Positions 46,685 through 57,595 of a stretch of DNA of 64,000 nucleotides are shown here, piece after piece. Numbering within the stretch: position 1 is the first letter of the stretch; every line of letters begins with the position of its first letter. The translations under genes were made by a program, and so were the position numbers. The stretch comes from Diplonema japonicum (lineage: Eukaryota; Protista; Euglenozoa: Diplonemea): positions 1-64,000 of the forward strand of contig OZ025707.1 of the NCBI GenBank assembly GCA_964019335.1. Reading direction: 5' to 3'. Below the pieces are notes generated by a model. It saw nothing but the letters and a program-made list of their open reading frames with translations. It made no database searches and was not told the DNA's origin.

Positions 46685-49600
46685 ATGGCGACCCCTCTCC
46701 AAGTAGCCGTGGAGGCTGCATGGGTTTCTCGTGATTTTCTAGACCAACTGCTACACAAGCTGCCTTACAATGAATACAAGAAGGTCGTGTGTGGCATCAC
46801 CGTCAGGTTCCTCACCGCAGACATGGAGTACAAAGTGGGCCGTGTGCACTCTGTAGCACCTTCTCAAGCTGACGGCACCCTTATTGTCGATGCAGGCGCT
46901 GGCCCGACTGAGGTGGTGCTTCCTAAGAACGTATCGAACTCGCTTTTCAAGCAAAATGAAATCGACGATTGGCTCAACAGCCCGCTGGCGAAGCAAGACG
47001 GGTTGATACAGAAACTGGAAATGGTAAGACAGCAAAACCAAATGCTGAAGGACACGGTCAAAGGGGAGAAGAAGGGACGGGCAGGGTCCGCAACCAGGGA
47101 ACACACACCCCCCGCAGGTTGGAAGGGCGCTCCCGGTGCGATGCAAGCCCAACCGCCTGTTCTTGCGGACGCCGTTATGTCAAGCCCGACGGACGGCCAT
47201 TCATTGTTCCCCCACGCATTGATGATATCTGCGGACGGCACACCCACAGGACACGTTCCTGTAAGCGAGATCGTCAATAAAGCCGTGGCGAATAACAATA
47301 GCGAGCCCTGGGATATGAACGGTCTGTCCGCATCGGCTTCTTTCTCGCCCCTTGGGGTTGGTGCCTCAGGGTTGGGGGTCTTCTCTGTTGAGGCCGAGGG
47401 GTCCACCACAGCAGATATCGTCATGAAGCTCGAGCAGGACACCAAAGGTGTGTGCGGGGCTGAGAGGTGGATCCGGGACCTCATGGACACCTGCATTAAG
47501 AGCTGGTCAAAGGGCATCAAGAGCACACCGAGGGACTTCGCAACCCGCATTATGCACCTGTGCTCTGACGTGACTAAGGTGTTGCTTCAGGAACCAATGC
47601 TGCTCCGCATCTCGTCGCCTCTCTGCGTCTTTGGTGACCTGCACGGCAATTTTGCAGACCTCCATTACTTCCTTCAAAAGCTGGTGTGTTTAAAAAAAAA
47701 AAAAAAAAAAAAAAAAACAGCTTATCTTCGGAGAGATTTCATACACGGGAACAACCTTCCTGTTCTTGGGCGACTACGTCGACAGGTATGGGGAAAACGA
47801 AGGGGAAAAAAAAAGAAGAAAAAAAAAAAAAAGAAAAAAAAAACCGCAGGGGCGTGTTCGGGTTGGAATCGGTAGTATACCTACTGTGCTTGAAGATGCT
47901 GTCCCCGAAGCAGGTGCTGCTGCTGCGTGGGAACCACGAGTCGCCTGAAGTGAACGGGGACATCAAGCAGTACGGGGACGTCTCGTTCAAGTACGAGCTG
48001 CAACAGAAGTTCCCGGGAAGGGTGGGCGAGCAGGTGTGGGAGGCCATCAATAAGGTGTTCCAATGCCTGCCGGCAGCGGCCATTGTGGACGGTAAGATAT
48101 TCTGCGCGCACGGCGGGATCCCCCGGTTCACTGGGGGCACTGATGACAGGTTAGAGACCTTGGAAGACCCAAAATTTCCCAGATTTGTATCAATTCAAGT
48201 GGCGCCTGCACTCGCTTCCCAAGAGTCAGCGTGGACGCAGAAGTGCAGAAAGATAATGGAGGACCTTGTGTGGTCCGACCCCGCCGACCAGAGACGGTAT
48301 CTAGATGAACACGGGTTCGGGGACAACCCAAGGGGTGTGGGGCTTAAGACATTCGGGTCGAAAGCTGTGGATGAGTTCCTCGACAAGCACGGCCTCACCC
48401 ACATTTTCCGAGCCCACCAAGAGAAGAGCAACGGAGTCCGCATATGTGACAATGCTAGGGTGGTATGGTTTTCTTTTTAATTTTTTTTTTTCTCTTTCTT
48501 TCTTTTTTTTTTTTTTTTTTTTTTTTATATATAAATTTAACCATCTATCAACGAGCGTCTATATATAGACGATTTGAAAAAAAATCTTTTACGCAAAGGG
48601 CTTTCAATGCAATACGGCCCGGCCCTTTCTTGCCGGCGGGGTCCTGCGCGGAAAATATGAAAAATATAAACTAAATGCTGCCCTAACTTAACAAGAAAAT
48701 GAAAAAATAAAAAAAAACGCCAGCCCAAATTTACCCTTAAAAATCACTTCAAAAAAAGGCGCCCGGAAAGAGGCCGGAAGAGGACGTCATGAGTGATGGC
48801 AGCACTGATGGCTCATCCCTATTATGCAATTTTGATACAAACAGTGATTCTGACACGAATTCGACCGATTCCGAGTCACAGCAGGGTGATTGGACGGCAA
48901 AGCCGGAGCAGTTGGAAGGCATCCGGTTTCGTGAAGATCGGAATCCTTGTGGACCCTGTTTTGACATCAAAGGCTCAACGCCATACCATATATTCTCCCA
49001 AATGCTCGTCCCAAACTTTATTCGGGTCATAACTTCGAACAATGTGGCAAATGCGGCTAAAAAAGGTGTCTCCCTGGATCTCGATGCTGCTTCTCTGCGT
49101 ACCTTCCTAGGTGTCCTTTTGTCGATGGACTTGGATACCAAGCCAGATTATTCTGATTACTGGTGCACTGGCTCCACGTTTCTCAACTACACCCCTGGGT
49201 ACGCCACCGTCATGTCAAGAGACCGCTTTTTGACTATTCTGGGAAATCTGTGTTTCCACAGCGAAACAAACAAGCGTGCTGACTTCTACCTATCGCCAAG
49301 GCCTCCCGGAGATCATGGATGCCCCAAAGAAGCGAGGCCGCAAGCCCAAGGACGCGCATCCCGTGGGGACACAGTTCCACCAGCACGCGAGCATCCTTTG
49401 CACCACAACGTGGCATGACATCAAGCCTGTGTGCTTTCTATCGACGTTGGATGTTCCAGTGAAGTCAAATTTGACCGTCCGCCAAAAGAGAATGAAAGCC
49501 GGAAAGGACATCTTGTTCCCACCAAGTGCATATTTACAACACCGCAATGGGCGGAACCGACGCTGGGTGACGCTGTGACAAAACGCCATAAACGCACCCT

Positions 49601-50472
49601 TATGACTTAAAAGTGGCCCCTAAAAGTATTTTCGTACTTGTTAGGTAAATCTCTGGCGAATGCTTGGCTTGTTTGGAAAGAAGCCTTGCCCCCCAACACC
49701 CTGAGTACGAACGACAGTGTATTGACGCCTTTCAGAGAGGCAGTCATCGAAGGGCTACTAGGGGAGGCAGTCTAAACAACAGATAAAGTCAACTACAGAG
49801 CAGGCTGCCCCAATACCATGCCCCGAAACACAGAACGAGTGCTCTGAGACCCCAATGCGCCGTGACAGTACCTTCTGGGGCCATTTCCCCGAAAAAGTAG
49901 TGCAACGTGCGGTGCAAGCATTTCAAGTCGAAAAGACCCCTATTTCAGTGTTCAGCCTGCTTGGTACAACTTTGCGTGACTCCGTGCTTCAAAGACTGCC
50001 ACCTTGCCGGGGATACCCCCAGAAACCCCTCCCGGGGTCAAAAAAGAAGTCCCCCAGCCCTGGGGCACGTACGAACCGCGTCAAGAAGGCCTTAAATAGC
50101 TTTTTATAGAATTTTACAGTCGATTCTTTTTGACTTGTTTTTTGTACCCCCTCTCGGGCACTTCAGGAACGATATTTTTGACAATGTTGTGGGGGTGGGC
50201 CCTGCTGTGGGCACCCTCTCTCTAGAATTGGGACATCTGGAGGCATTTCCGGGGGCATATAGCCCCGGCGTTGCGCTAGAATAGCTTTTTTTGAAGTTTT
50301 GAAAATTTACCCCCTGGTGGGCAAAAATGGTCCGTTGGTAGATGGTTAAAATTCTTAAAAAACCCAGCTCACCATCTTCTCGACATCCGACTACATAGGG
50401 CACCAGAACGGAGCTGGCGTCGCTTTTGTGACCCACGGCCATATCAGACTAGCCATTAAAGAGGCGGGGTGA
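46685..50472 (+). CDS. PPP-family Ser/Thr phosphatase with N-terminal Plus3-like domain; exons 46685-47683, 47721-47785, 47850-48462, 50368-50472
   Basis: GDLHG, GDYVDRG, RGNHE, HGG, DLVWSDP and RAHQ motifs; last exon LTIFSTSDY lies beyond the transposon. Confidence 0.9.
48541..50345 (+). mobile_element. Internally deleted piggyBac element in the last phosphatase intron
   Basis: TTAA|CCATCTATCAACG ... CGTTGGTAGATGG|TTAA. Encodes LRTFLGVLLSMDL..DYW..MSRDRF, WHDIKPVCFLST and a Cys-rich tail FQCSACLVQLCVTPCFKDCH; broken frames. Confidence 0.92.
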
Positions 50473-51242
50473 TTGAGGGAAAAAAAGAAATGTGGGGGGG
50501 GGGGGGGGGGATTGCTTCCTATCCTTGTTATGGTTATGTGCGATAAATGTAGTAAGCGAAACTGGGTCTGCTACTTTTCTTTGAGGCGCCATGTCATGCA
50601 TACTGATGTGTAATAATATGTCTTTTTGATGGGGAGAGAGTGTTTTTTTTTTTTTTTTTTTTTTCATTGGTTGTGTCACACCTAGTAATCTTTTTTTTTT
50701 CTCTCCCCTCTTTTTTTATTTCTCCCTCCCACCTTTAAAATTTCTTAACGACCCTTTCTATGAAAGATTTAAAAAAAAAAAAATACAAAAGAAAGAAAAA
50801 GTGCTTAATGCTTTTTTTTCCTTTTTTTTTTTGCTCCCCCCTCTTCTGCAATTTTTTCAAGTGTGCATAATGAGTGCTCATTCTTTCTTTCATTCCAAAT
50901 AAAAAAAGAAAAAAAAGAGAACCCAAAAAAAGAATGGACACTGGACTCCCCCCCCCCCCCCACAGCATCCCGATTACACTCCTATCTTGGTCTCTTGATC
51001 AGATTAAGCTGAACGGGGGGAAAAAAAAAAGGAATAAAAAAAAAGAGAGAGACTGATGGTCAAGGAGACACCACCACCCCCTTTTTTTTTTCCGGACACA
51101 AAAAAATAAAGAAAAAGGCACGAAGGAAAAACCACCCCGCTTTTTTATTTCTACCCTCCCCCCCCCCCCCCCCCCTACCACACACACGAATCAAAATTTA
51201 AAAAAAAAAGAGGTAAAAAAAAGGGGGGGGGGGAATGCACCC

Positions 51243-52730
51243 ATGCTAAAAAGCCTTACTAAAGCCAGGTGGTACAGTCCAGCGCAAAGGTACATCGAGG
51301 TGGTGGATGAGGTTTTGGGAAGCCTTGCTAGGGAGAGAACGTTTACATGCAGAGACTTTGTTAGCGTGGTGACCGACCTGGGGAGAGAGAGCACGGAAGG
51401 CGCAGTCCTGAGGAGCAGGCACCGCTTCGATGCCGTGGTAGAGTGGGTACTAGAAGAGGCACGGAGAGAAGATGGGCACATCGACACTTGCACAGATCAA
51501 GACCTCAAGAAACTAGTAACAACCGGCGCACAAATCTCACAATTCACCACCCCCGAGGTTTCCGCAGCATACCTTGCAGCACTGGAAAGAAGGGTCACAT
51601 ACAACTTCCTCTCGCACTGTGGACCACGGACGGTGGCCGACCTTGTGACACTGCTCAACATAGCCTTCCACCCCACCATCGCTACGCGTATCACACAGCT
51701 GATACAGCATCAACCAGAAGCGCTTCTCTCGCATCATAACATGGAAGGCATAGTTACGGTCCTCCGCCTTGTGTTCACCAGCACTGAGATCGATATTGGC
51801 GCGAAGAGCACCGGCACCCTTGCGTCCATGGCTGAGACAAAACTCTTTGCGGACCTCTCGGAGAATTTCACGCTGCGAACGGCGGCTGCACTGTGCACAT
51901 TAATGCGCATCACGAACACGTTCAAACCCAACATCGCCTCCGAGATCGACAGAAACCTGCAGCGACGCTCCGTTCAGAACGAGATATCCGGCCATTTCGT
52001 CGTCACCAAGATATTGGAAATCGTGCACTTCGCAACGAAATTCAGAATACGCTCACAAGGATTCCGACAGACGATGATGAAACTTTGCTGGTCTGCGTTT
52101 AACGGAAAAGCTTATGACGGGTACGGGTGGAAGCTAGACAGATTGTGCCACTTGGTGACGTATCTCGGTATTGCAGGGGATGCCGATCAGACACTGCTTG
52201 ACATGGTGGAAAGTACCTTTCGTGCGAGATGCAGAGACGCCAACATATTAGACACCGCAGGATTTCGTTTTCATGTGTTCTTGAATGCCGTGCAGGATCT
52301 ACACGATTTGTGCCATGGGGGTGATCTCGCACAGGTTTTCCACGACAGCTTCGTGGGGATTGTGAAGATCTCCGATAAGCAGTATAACGTGTTGGTGCGC
52401 TACCTCCACATGATGAGTGGGAGGGGGCTTGTGCCTGCGGAGCAGCTGGTGCGCATGTTTTGTAGGCACCTCGGCTTGCTGAAAACATGCTCTCAGGAAA
52501 CGTTGAGCCACGCTGTGCAGTTGTGCCTCGCGCTGCCTGACTCGATACCGTTGGAGGACAGGGATGCTGTTCTAAAACAGGCCGTTGCCGCTGATTTTGC
52601 AGAACGGCTTCCTTATGGTGTCATGGCCCGTGTTGTCAGAGGGCTGCGTGGTTTGGACAGTGAAGAGGGTAGAGCCTTTGTGACCTATATGCGCCGTGCG
52701 GCGGGGCAGCATAAGGCCAAAAACGCGTGA
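51243..52730 (+). CDS. Hypothetical helical protein (495 aa), possible mitochondrial presequence
   Basis: Long intronless ORF with coding-like composition; N-terminus MLKSLTKARWYS. No motif recognised. Confidence 0.75.
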   Translation: MLKSLTKARWYSPAQRYIEVVDEVLGSLARERTFTCRDFVSVVTDLGRESTEGAVLRSRHRFDAVVEWVLEEARREDGHIDTCTDQDLKKLVTTGAQISQFTTPEVSAAYLAALERRVTYNFLSHCGPRTVADLVTLLNIAFHPTIATRITQLIQHQPEALLSHHNMEGIVTVLRLVFTSTEIDIGAKSTGTLASMAETKLFADLSENFTLRTAAALCTLMRITNTFKPNIASEIDRNLQRRSVQNEISGHFVVTKILEIVHFATKFRIRSQGFRQTMMKLCWSAFNGKAYDGYGWKLDRLCHLVTYLGIAGDADQTLLDMVESTFRARCRDANILDTAGFRFHVFLNAVQDLHDLCHGGDLAQVFHDSFVGIVKISDKQYNVLVRYLHMMSGRGLVPAEQLVRMFCRHLGLLKTCSQETLSHAVQLCLALPDSIPLEDRDAVLKQAVAADFAERLPYGVMARVVRGLRGLDSEEGRAFVTYMRRAAGQHKAKNA

Positions 52731-52811
52731 TTTCCCCCCCCCCCCCCCCCCCACCCCGTGATTTTTTATTATTATTCACGCCAGGCTACACGAAAAGAAA
52801 AAAAAAAAAAA

Positions 52812-53045
52812 ATGCCCCATGCAGGTCTTCACAAGGCTTTGGCATCCGGTAGTCCAGCGAAAGCAGCTAAGTTGGTGAAGGACCCCATCTGCAAGGGAAA
52901 GCCGGGGTCGCTCAGCGAGCTCTCTTGTGTCTCTAAAATGGGGTCGACTACTTTTAAGTACGATATCACTTTCCCGCAATGGGCTCCCGACGGGAGGCTT
53001 GATATCTTCGGCAACTTGTGTGAGGCTGGAAGCGAATGCCTGTAG
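52812..53045 (+). CDS. Small hypothetical protein (77 aa)
   Basis: ATG directly after AG plus an A-tract, as in neighbouring genes; a homopolymer-free, coding-like island. Confidence 0.55.
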   Translation: MPHAGLHKALASGSPAKAAKLVKDPICKGKPGSLSELSCVSKMGSTTFKYDITFPQWAPDGRLDIFGNLCEAGSECL

Positions 53046-53499
53046 TTACAGTAGTGAAGCTTGGAAAAAAAAAAAAGAAATCCCCCCCTTTTTTTTGTTA
53101 TTACACAATTAAAAATTAAAAAAAAAAAAAAAAAAAAGAGAAGAGTGCCACCGAGCGAGGTTTTTTTGTTCTCTTTTTTTAAGAGATGGGGCTTTAAATG
53201 GAAAAACAAAACAAAACAGAAAAAAAAATTAAAAAACAAAAAAAGTACACACACTCCCACTCCCTTTTTTATTATTATTGTTCCCTATTATATTTTTTTA
53301 AACTCCTCTTTCTGCTACTCCTCTTCTGCCATCCTTTTTTTTTTTTACCCCCCCTTTTTTTTTAAATCCGTTCAGCCCTATGAACTCCGGGATTAGGGTA
53401 AAGTCTTGAAAGAAAAAGAAGAAGAAGAAAAAAAAAAAAAAAACTTACACTCGAAACGCTTCGCCCAAACCCCCCAAATTAAAAGAAAAATTTCAAATA

Positions 53500-54540
53500 A
53501 TGTCGCGAAGAGGGGCTTCACAGATCGCACCGGCAGTGGTAAGGGGGAGCGTGCTTCGGGTGTGGATGGGTGGTGGAACCATCTCTGCCGGGTGGCCTCT
53601 CTGCAACGTGGACGGCGGCTGGTGGACTTGTGTAGTACTACGCGTTAAAGACAAATCAGAGGAGACCTACGAGGTCCTCTGGACCGACTATGGCATTTAT
53701 GACGTTATACAAATCGAAAAGAAAATGTTCAACGCTCAGAATCACAACAGCTGGATGATGCTTCCAAAAGAACAGGACCCGAACCTTTTGGAGAATCTCA
53801 TGAAAAAATACCCGAGAGAAACAAGCGCTGATGTAAACGACGTAGATTCCGAGGAGCAAGAGGAGGATGACAACAAAACAGAAACTACAGAAAACAGCGA
53901 CGACGACGAAGAAGAAGAAGAAGAAGAGGAAGAACAAGAATCAGAAGAACAAAGCGAGGAGAAAAAACCGATCGTCCAGCCAGCAAAGAAACTCAAACTA
54001 GCAACCCAAACTGTAAAGCACGTTGTCAAACCCCCAACTCCAGTCTTCAACCAAAGCAGGTACTGGACAACCTTCGATCCCTCATGGCTAGACTCCACTG
54101 GGGAACCCTTGGTTGCCCTTCTTCTCAAGGTCGGCACCAGCGTCTCGACAAAATCTGAGAACTTGGATCGCATTATTACAGCACGGAACGAATGGATGAA
54201 GCTCTTGATCGAGGAGTACAAAGCATGCAACAAAAAGGGGGGAGCCGCCACCACGGTGAAGGCCATGAAGGAGAACCGTCTCCGGTGGCAGAACACGGGG
54301 AACATGTCGCAGTCGTTTCAATCCCTTTGCAAATCTTTTGAAGCGTTTTGCTACATTGCAACGAAGGCGGACCCGCTCGTCGCAGCCTGGCTCCAACTTG
54401 CTGTATACCTCACCACCTGCTGTGCCACCTGCGGCATCCCCGACCCCTCTATGTACAACAAGCTTCAAATCAAGATAAAAGACTATCGCAAAGGCGGTGC
54501 TTACAAAACAGCGTCTGGCGAAAAAAAGAGAAAACGGTAG
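53500..54540 (+). CDS. Hypothetical nuclear protein with Tudor-like N-terminus and acidic linker
   Basis: WWTCVVL...YEVLWTDYG resembles a Tudor fold; poly-Glu tract; C-terminal KKRKR. Confidence 0.65.
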   Translation: MSRRGASQIAPAVVRGSVLRVWMGGGTISAGWPLCNVDGGWWTCVVLRVKDKSEETYEVLWTDYGIYDVIQIEKKMFNAQNHNSWMMLPKEQDPNLLENLMKKYPRETSADVNDVDSEEQEEDDNKTETTENSDDDEEEEEEEEEQESEEQSEEKKPIVQPAKKLKLATQTVKHVVKPPTPVFNQSRYWTTFDPSWLDSTGEPLVALLLKVGTSVSTKSENLDRIITARNEWMKLLIEEYKACNKKGGAATTVKAMKENRLRWQNTGNMSQSFQSLCKSFEAFCYIATKADPLVAAWLQLAVYLTTCCATCGIPDPSMYNKLQIKIKDYRKGGAYKTASGEKKRKR

Positions 54541-54931
54541 TGGTTGGGGAAACTCGTTAGCATTCGCCCTCGACGGAGAGTCCCTTATCCCATGGAGGGT
54601 GGCTTCACCAGGTCTGGCAAGTAGCCTCTCCGCGGCTTTGTGCTAGTGAAAAGTGCCACTCACAACACACTCTCCAGCTTGGTGTTTAATTGCTTCTGTA
54701 GTCCCCGCTCCCTATTCCAAAGCTTGAGCTATCTTTAAGGGATCTTGGAGGCTTTTGGGGTGAAACATCACTGCGCGCATCATACTGCATGACACCAGTA
54801 AAAAAAATAATCGACAACCTTTCCCCCCCCCCCCTTTTTTTCTCCTTTTGTTTTGTAAACTGTTTTATTTTTTTACTTTTTTTTTTTTTTGAAAAGATAT
54901 AATAATGAACAAATAACAACAGGGCAGCGCC

Positions 54932-57535
54932 ATGGAGGGGGCACGCACCCAACGGGGTGCGTCCATCATGAACAGTCCCAGCAGGCGTATGTCGCTGATG
55001 GCCAGCCCGGACAAAGAGCCCCTTGAGGACTGCCTCTCGTCGATCCCCAGACACTTATACTTAAAGCGTGAGGACCTGCGAGTAGCAATAGGAACGTGGA
55101 ACATACAAAGCGCAAAACACAACGAAATCTCGTCGATCGGGAAATGGGCGCAGGCGAAGAGAGGAGCCGACGTGGTAGTACTTGGGATGCAGGAGGTATC
55201 CTCAGGGCGTGCGGACTCCTGGGTGGACAAGCTCAGCAAAGAGCTCCTAACATACGACCTAGTAAAGGTGGCGTCCAAGTTCAAGGTGAACCTCGTCGTC
55301 AGTGTCTACGTCGCCAAACGGCACTTTGAGCACGTTCACAATGTAGATAAGGAGAAAACCCGTGTAAACCACGCCTTTTCGGGGAAGGGCGCGCTCGCCA
55401 TTCGTTTCACATTGCACTCCAAGAGATTCCTCTTCGTGAACTGCCACCTAGACCACTCCATAAAGTCTAGCAACAAGCGGAACGCAAACTATCAAGAAGT
55501 CCTGAACGAAGTCGAGATAGGCCCCCCAAAGCACTGCAACGAGAACCCGATCGTCAACCTCACTGAAAGGCCGTCTTTCGACGACGATAATTTCAGCAGC
55601 CCCGGCAGTGGGAAGGGCCACTCTTTAGACGACAGTGAGATCGGAAAGCACGACTATGTGTTTTGGTTTGGAAACCTCAACTATCGTGTCACAGCCTCCG
55701 CCGAGGAGGTTCTGCACCTCATTTCACAGCGTCGTTATGACCAGATTCTGAAATACGATCAAATGACGATCACCATGCAAGACGGGTCGGGTTTCGCTGG
55801 ATTCAACGAGGCTCCCATCACCTTCGCACCTACTTACAAGTATTTCAAGGACAGGGACGAGTACGACTGCAGCAAGAGGTCCGGCGTGAAGAGGGTCCCC
55901 TCTTACTCCGACAGAGTCCTGTGGTGCTGTCTTCCGGGAAAGTCCAGAGCGCAGTTCCTCCCGCAGGAGAGCAACCAATTGATCCCTTTGAAGTATAAGA
56001 CATACAAGGAGTACCGTATTTCGGACCACCGCCCTCTCATCTTGATGTCGGCCGCTGCTGTCTACGTGCCGTCCGAGCAAAACATCGGGCGTATCAACGA
56101 CCTTCTCCTCACCGGGAAGGGACCTGCAGAGATTGCTGAGATCCTTGCAGGCGAGCTAGGACTTGATCCAAACGATGTGGGCGATCTGTACCGCACTATC
56201 GAGCCGCCGAATGACACTATTATAGGACAGGGCACTGTGTACTCTTCGGACGAGGATGAGGAAACCCTGGAACAAAGGCAGCAGAGACGAATGGCGGCAA
56301 AAATGGAAAGCTTGGAGAAATTGGTGAAGTTGGGCCCGCTGAGCAGAACGGTCAAGGTGACCGAGCTCCGCAAGGAAGTGAAAGAATTCTACCACGCAAC
56401 AGAAGTGTTCAAAGCGACAAAGCCGGTGCTCGGCGGGGAGTCCTACGAACTGCTCGGCGAGATGTGCGTGAACACAATGGACAGGGTCGACGCCCTTGAG
56501 GCCACCCTCAAGGCTCCCGTTACATGCGAGAAAACCTTGAAGTGGAATGAGGCCGTGCTGCAGCTGGCGGAGCAAGCCGACCTGGCGTCCGACCGCTTAG
56601 ACGCCATGATGGGGAAGGCATGCCGTACAAGGACACCGCTCGCATCTGATGATGTATTGGAGTGCAACTACGACCCTTACAACCTCAGGGCTGCGTACTA
56701 CAGCGGATACATGTCGGGCACGCACATGCAGCACGATCCACCTGCACAGCGAGGGTCGCTTCCAGACACCACACCCGCACTTGAGGCCCTCCAGGAGAAA
56801 CTCCAAACAATTCAAGATAAAGAAGCTGACCTTAAGCAACGTGAAGGGGAAGCTGCTAAAAACGCCGCCCGTCTGCACACCATGGAAGACCTGCTCCGAC
56901 AGAAGGCCGGTTCCATCCCTACTGACGATCAAGCTAATGTGTCAGAGCTTGACAACCTGATGCAGACATTAGAGGAGAAGGAACTGTCAATCTTGAAGCA
57001 TCGTGCCGCGCTGTCGAAGGAGCAACTCTACGTTGCGAGCAAGCTCGCAGAGCAAGAAGCGCTCCACGCATCGCGTGTAGTTACCATGACAGCCTTGGAG
57101 GATGAACTGGACAGACGCACAACGCAATGTGACTTAATGAGCGCGTACCTGAATCGACCTGCTGAGGAATACATAACACCCCCTCCGCGAAAGGCCAACT
57201 GGGTGCCGGGGCCGGGTGGTGGGGGTGGTGCTGTTGAGATCAATCCCAACCTTACTAGTTACAGACGGTTCAGCAAGAAAACCAAACCCGACAAGCCGAG
57301 CCAAAACGGCTCTCCCAGACGCGGCATAGGCACAGGGGAGTACAGCCACTTCAGGAAGCTCAACACCGCTTCGCGCGCCCTGCGCCACAGTTCCCCGCCC
57401 ACTTCCCCCCGGCTGGATGCACCCCCGTCCCCCACACTGCATCACCGTTCGCGTGCGTATAGATCCAACTCCGCGCAACCTCGGAATAGAGACCCAAGCA
57501 ACTCATTTCTCTCCTTACTCCACGGCACTCTCTGA
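54932..57535 (+). CDS. Inositol polyphosphate 5-phosphatase-family protein with coiled-coil tail
   Basis: GTWNI, LGMQE, KGAL, FVNCHL, FWFGNLNYR, FAPTYKY, PSYSDRVLW and SDHRP. Confidence 0.9.
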   Translation: MEGARTQRGASIMNSPSRRMSLMASPDKEPLEDCLSSIPRHLYLKREDLRVAIGTWNIQSAKHNEISSIGKWAQAKRGADVVVLGMQEVSSGRADSWVDKLSKELLTYDLVKVASKFKVNLVVSVYVAKRHFEHVHNVDKEKTRVNHAFSGKGALAIRFTLHSKRFLFVNCHLDHSIKSSNKRNANYQEVLNEVEIGPPKHCNENPIVNLTERPSFDDDNFSSPGSGKGHSLDDSEIGKHDYVFWFGNLNYRVTASAEEVLHLISQRRYDQILKYDQMTITMQDGSGFAGFNEAPITFAPTYKYFKDRDEYDCSKRSGVKRVPSYSDRVLWCCLPGKSRAQFLPQESNQLIPLKYKTYKEYRISDHRPLILMSAAAVYVPSEQNIGRINDLLLTGKGPAEIAEILAGELGLDPNDVGDLYRTIEPPNDTIIGQGTVYSSDEDEETLEQRQQRRMAAKMESLEKLVKLGPLSRTVKVTELRKEVKEFYHATEVFKATKPVLGGESYELLGEMCVNTMDRVDALEATLKAPVTCEKTLKWNEAVLQLAEQADLASDRLDAMMGKACRTRTPLASDDVLECNYDPYNLRAAYYSGYMSGTHMQHDPPAQRGSLPDTTPALEALQEKLQTIQDKEADLKQREGEAAKNAARLHTMEDLLRQKAGSIPTDDQANVSELDNLMQTLEEKELSILKHRAALSKEQLYVASKLAEQEALHASRVVTMTALEDELDRRTTQCDLMSAYLNRPAEEYITPPPRKANWVPGPGGGGGAVEINPNLTSYRRFSKKTKPDKPSQNGSPRRGIGTGEYSHFRKLNTASRALRHSSPPTSPRLDAPPSPTLHHRSRAYRSNSAQPRNRDPSNSFLSLLHGTL

Positions 57536-57595
57536 TCCTTCGTTGCTACGTGCCGCCCTACTAACGTACATTTCAGTAAAAAGAAAAAAAAGAAA

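Noticed and set aside
47686-48480. Phosphatase as a transposon-truncated pseudogene
   Set aside because: An in-frame terminal exon with the expected TIFS motif exists at 50368-50472.
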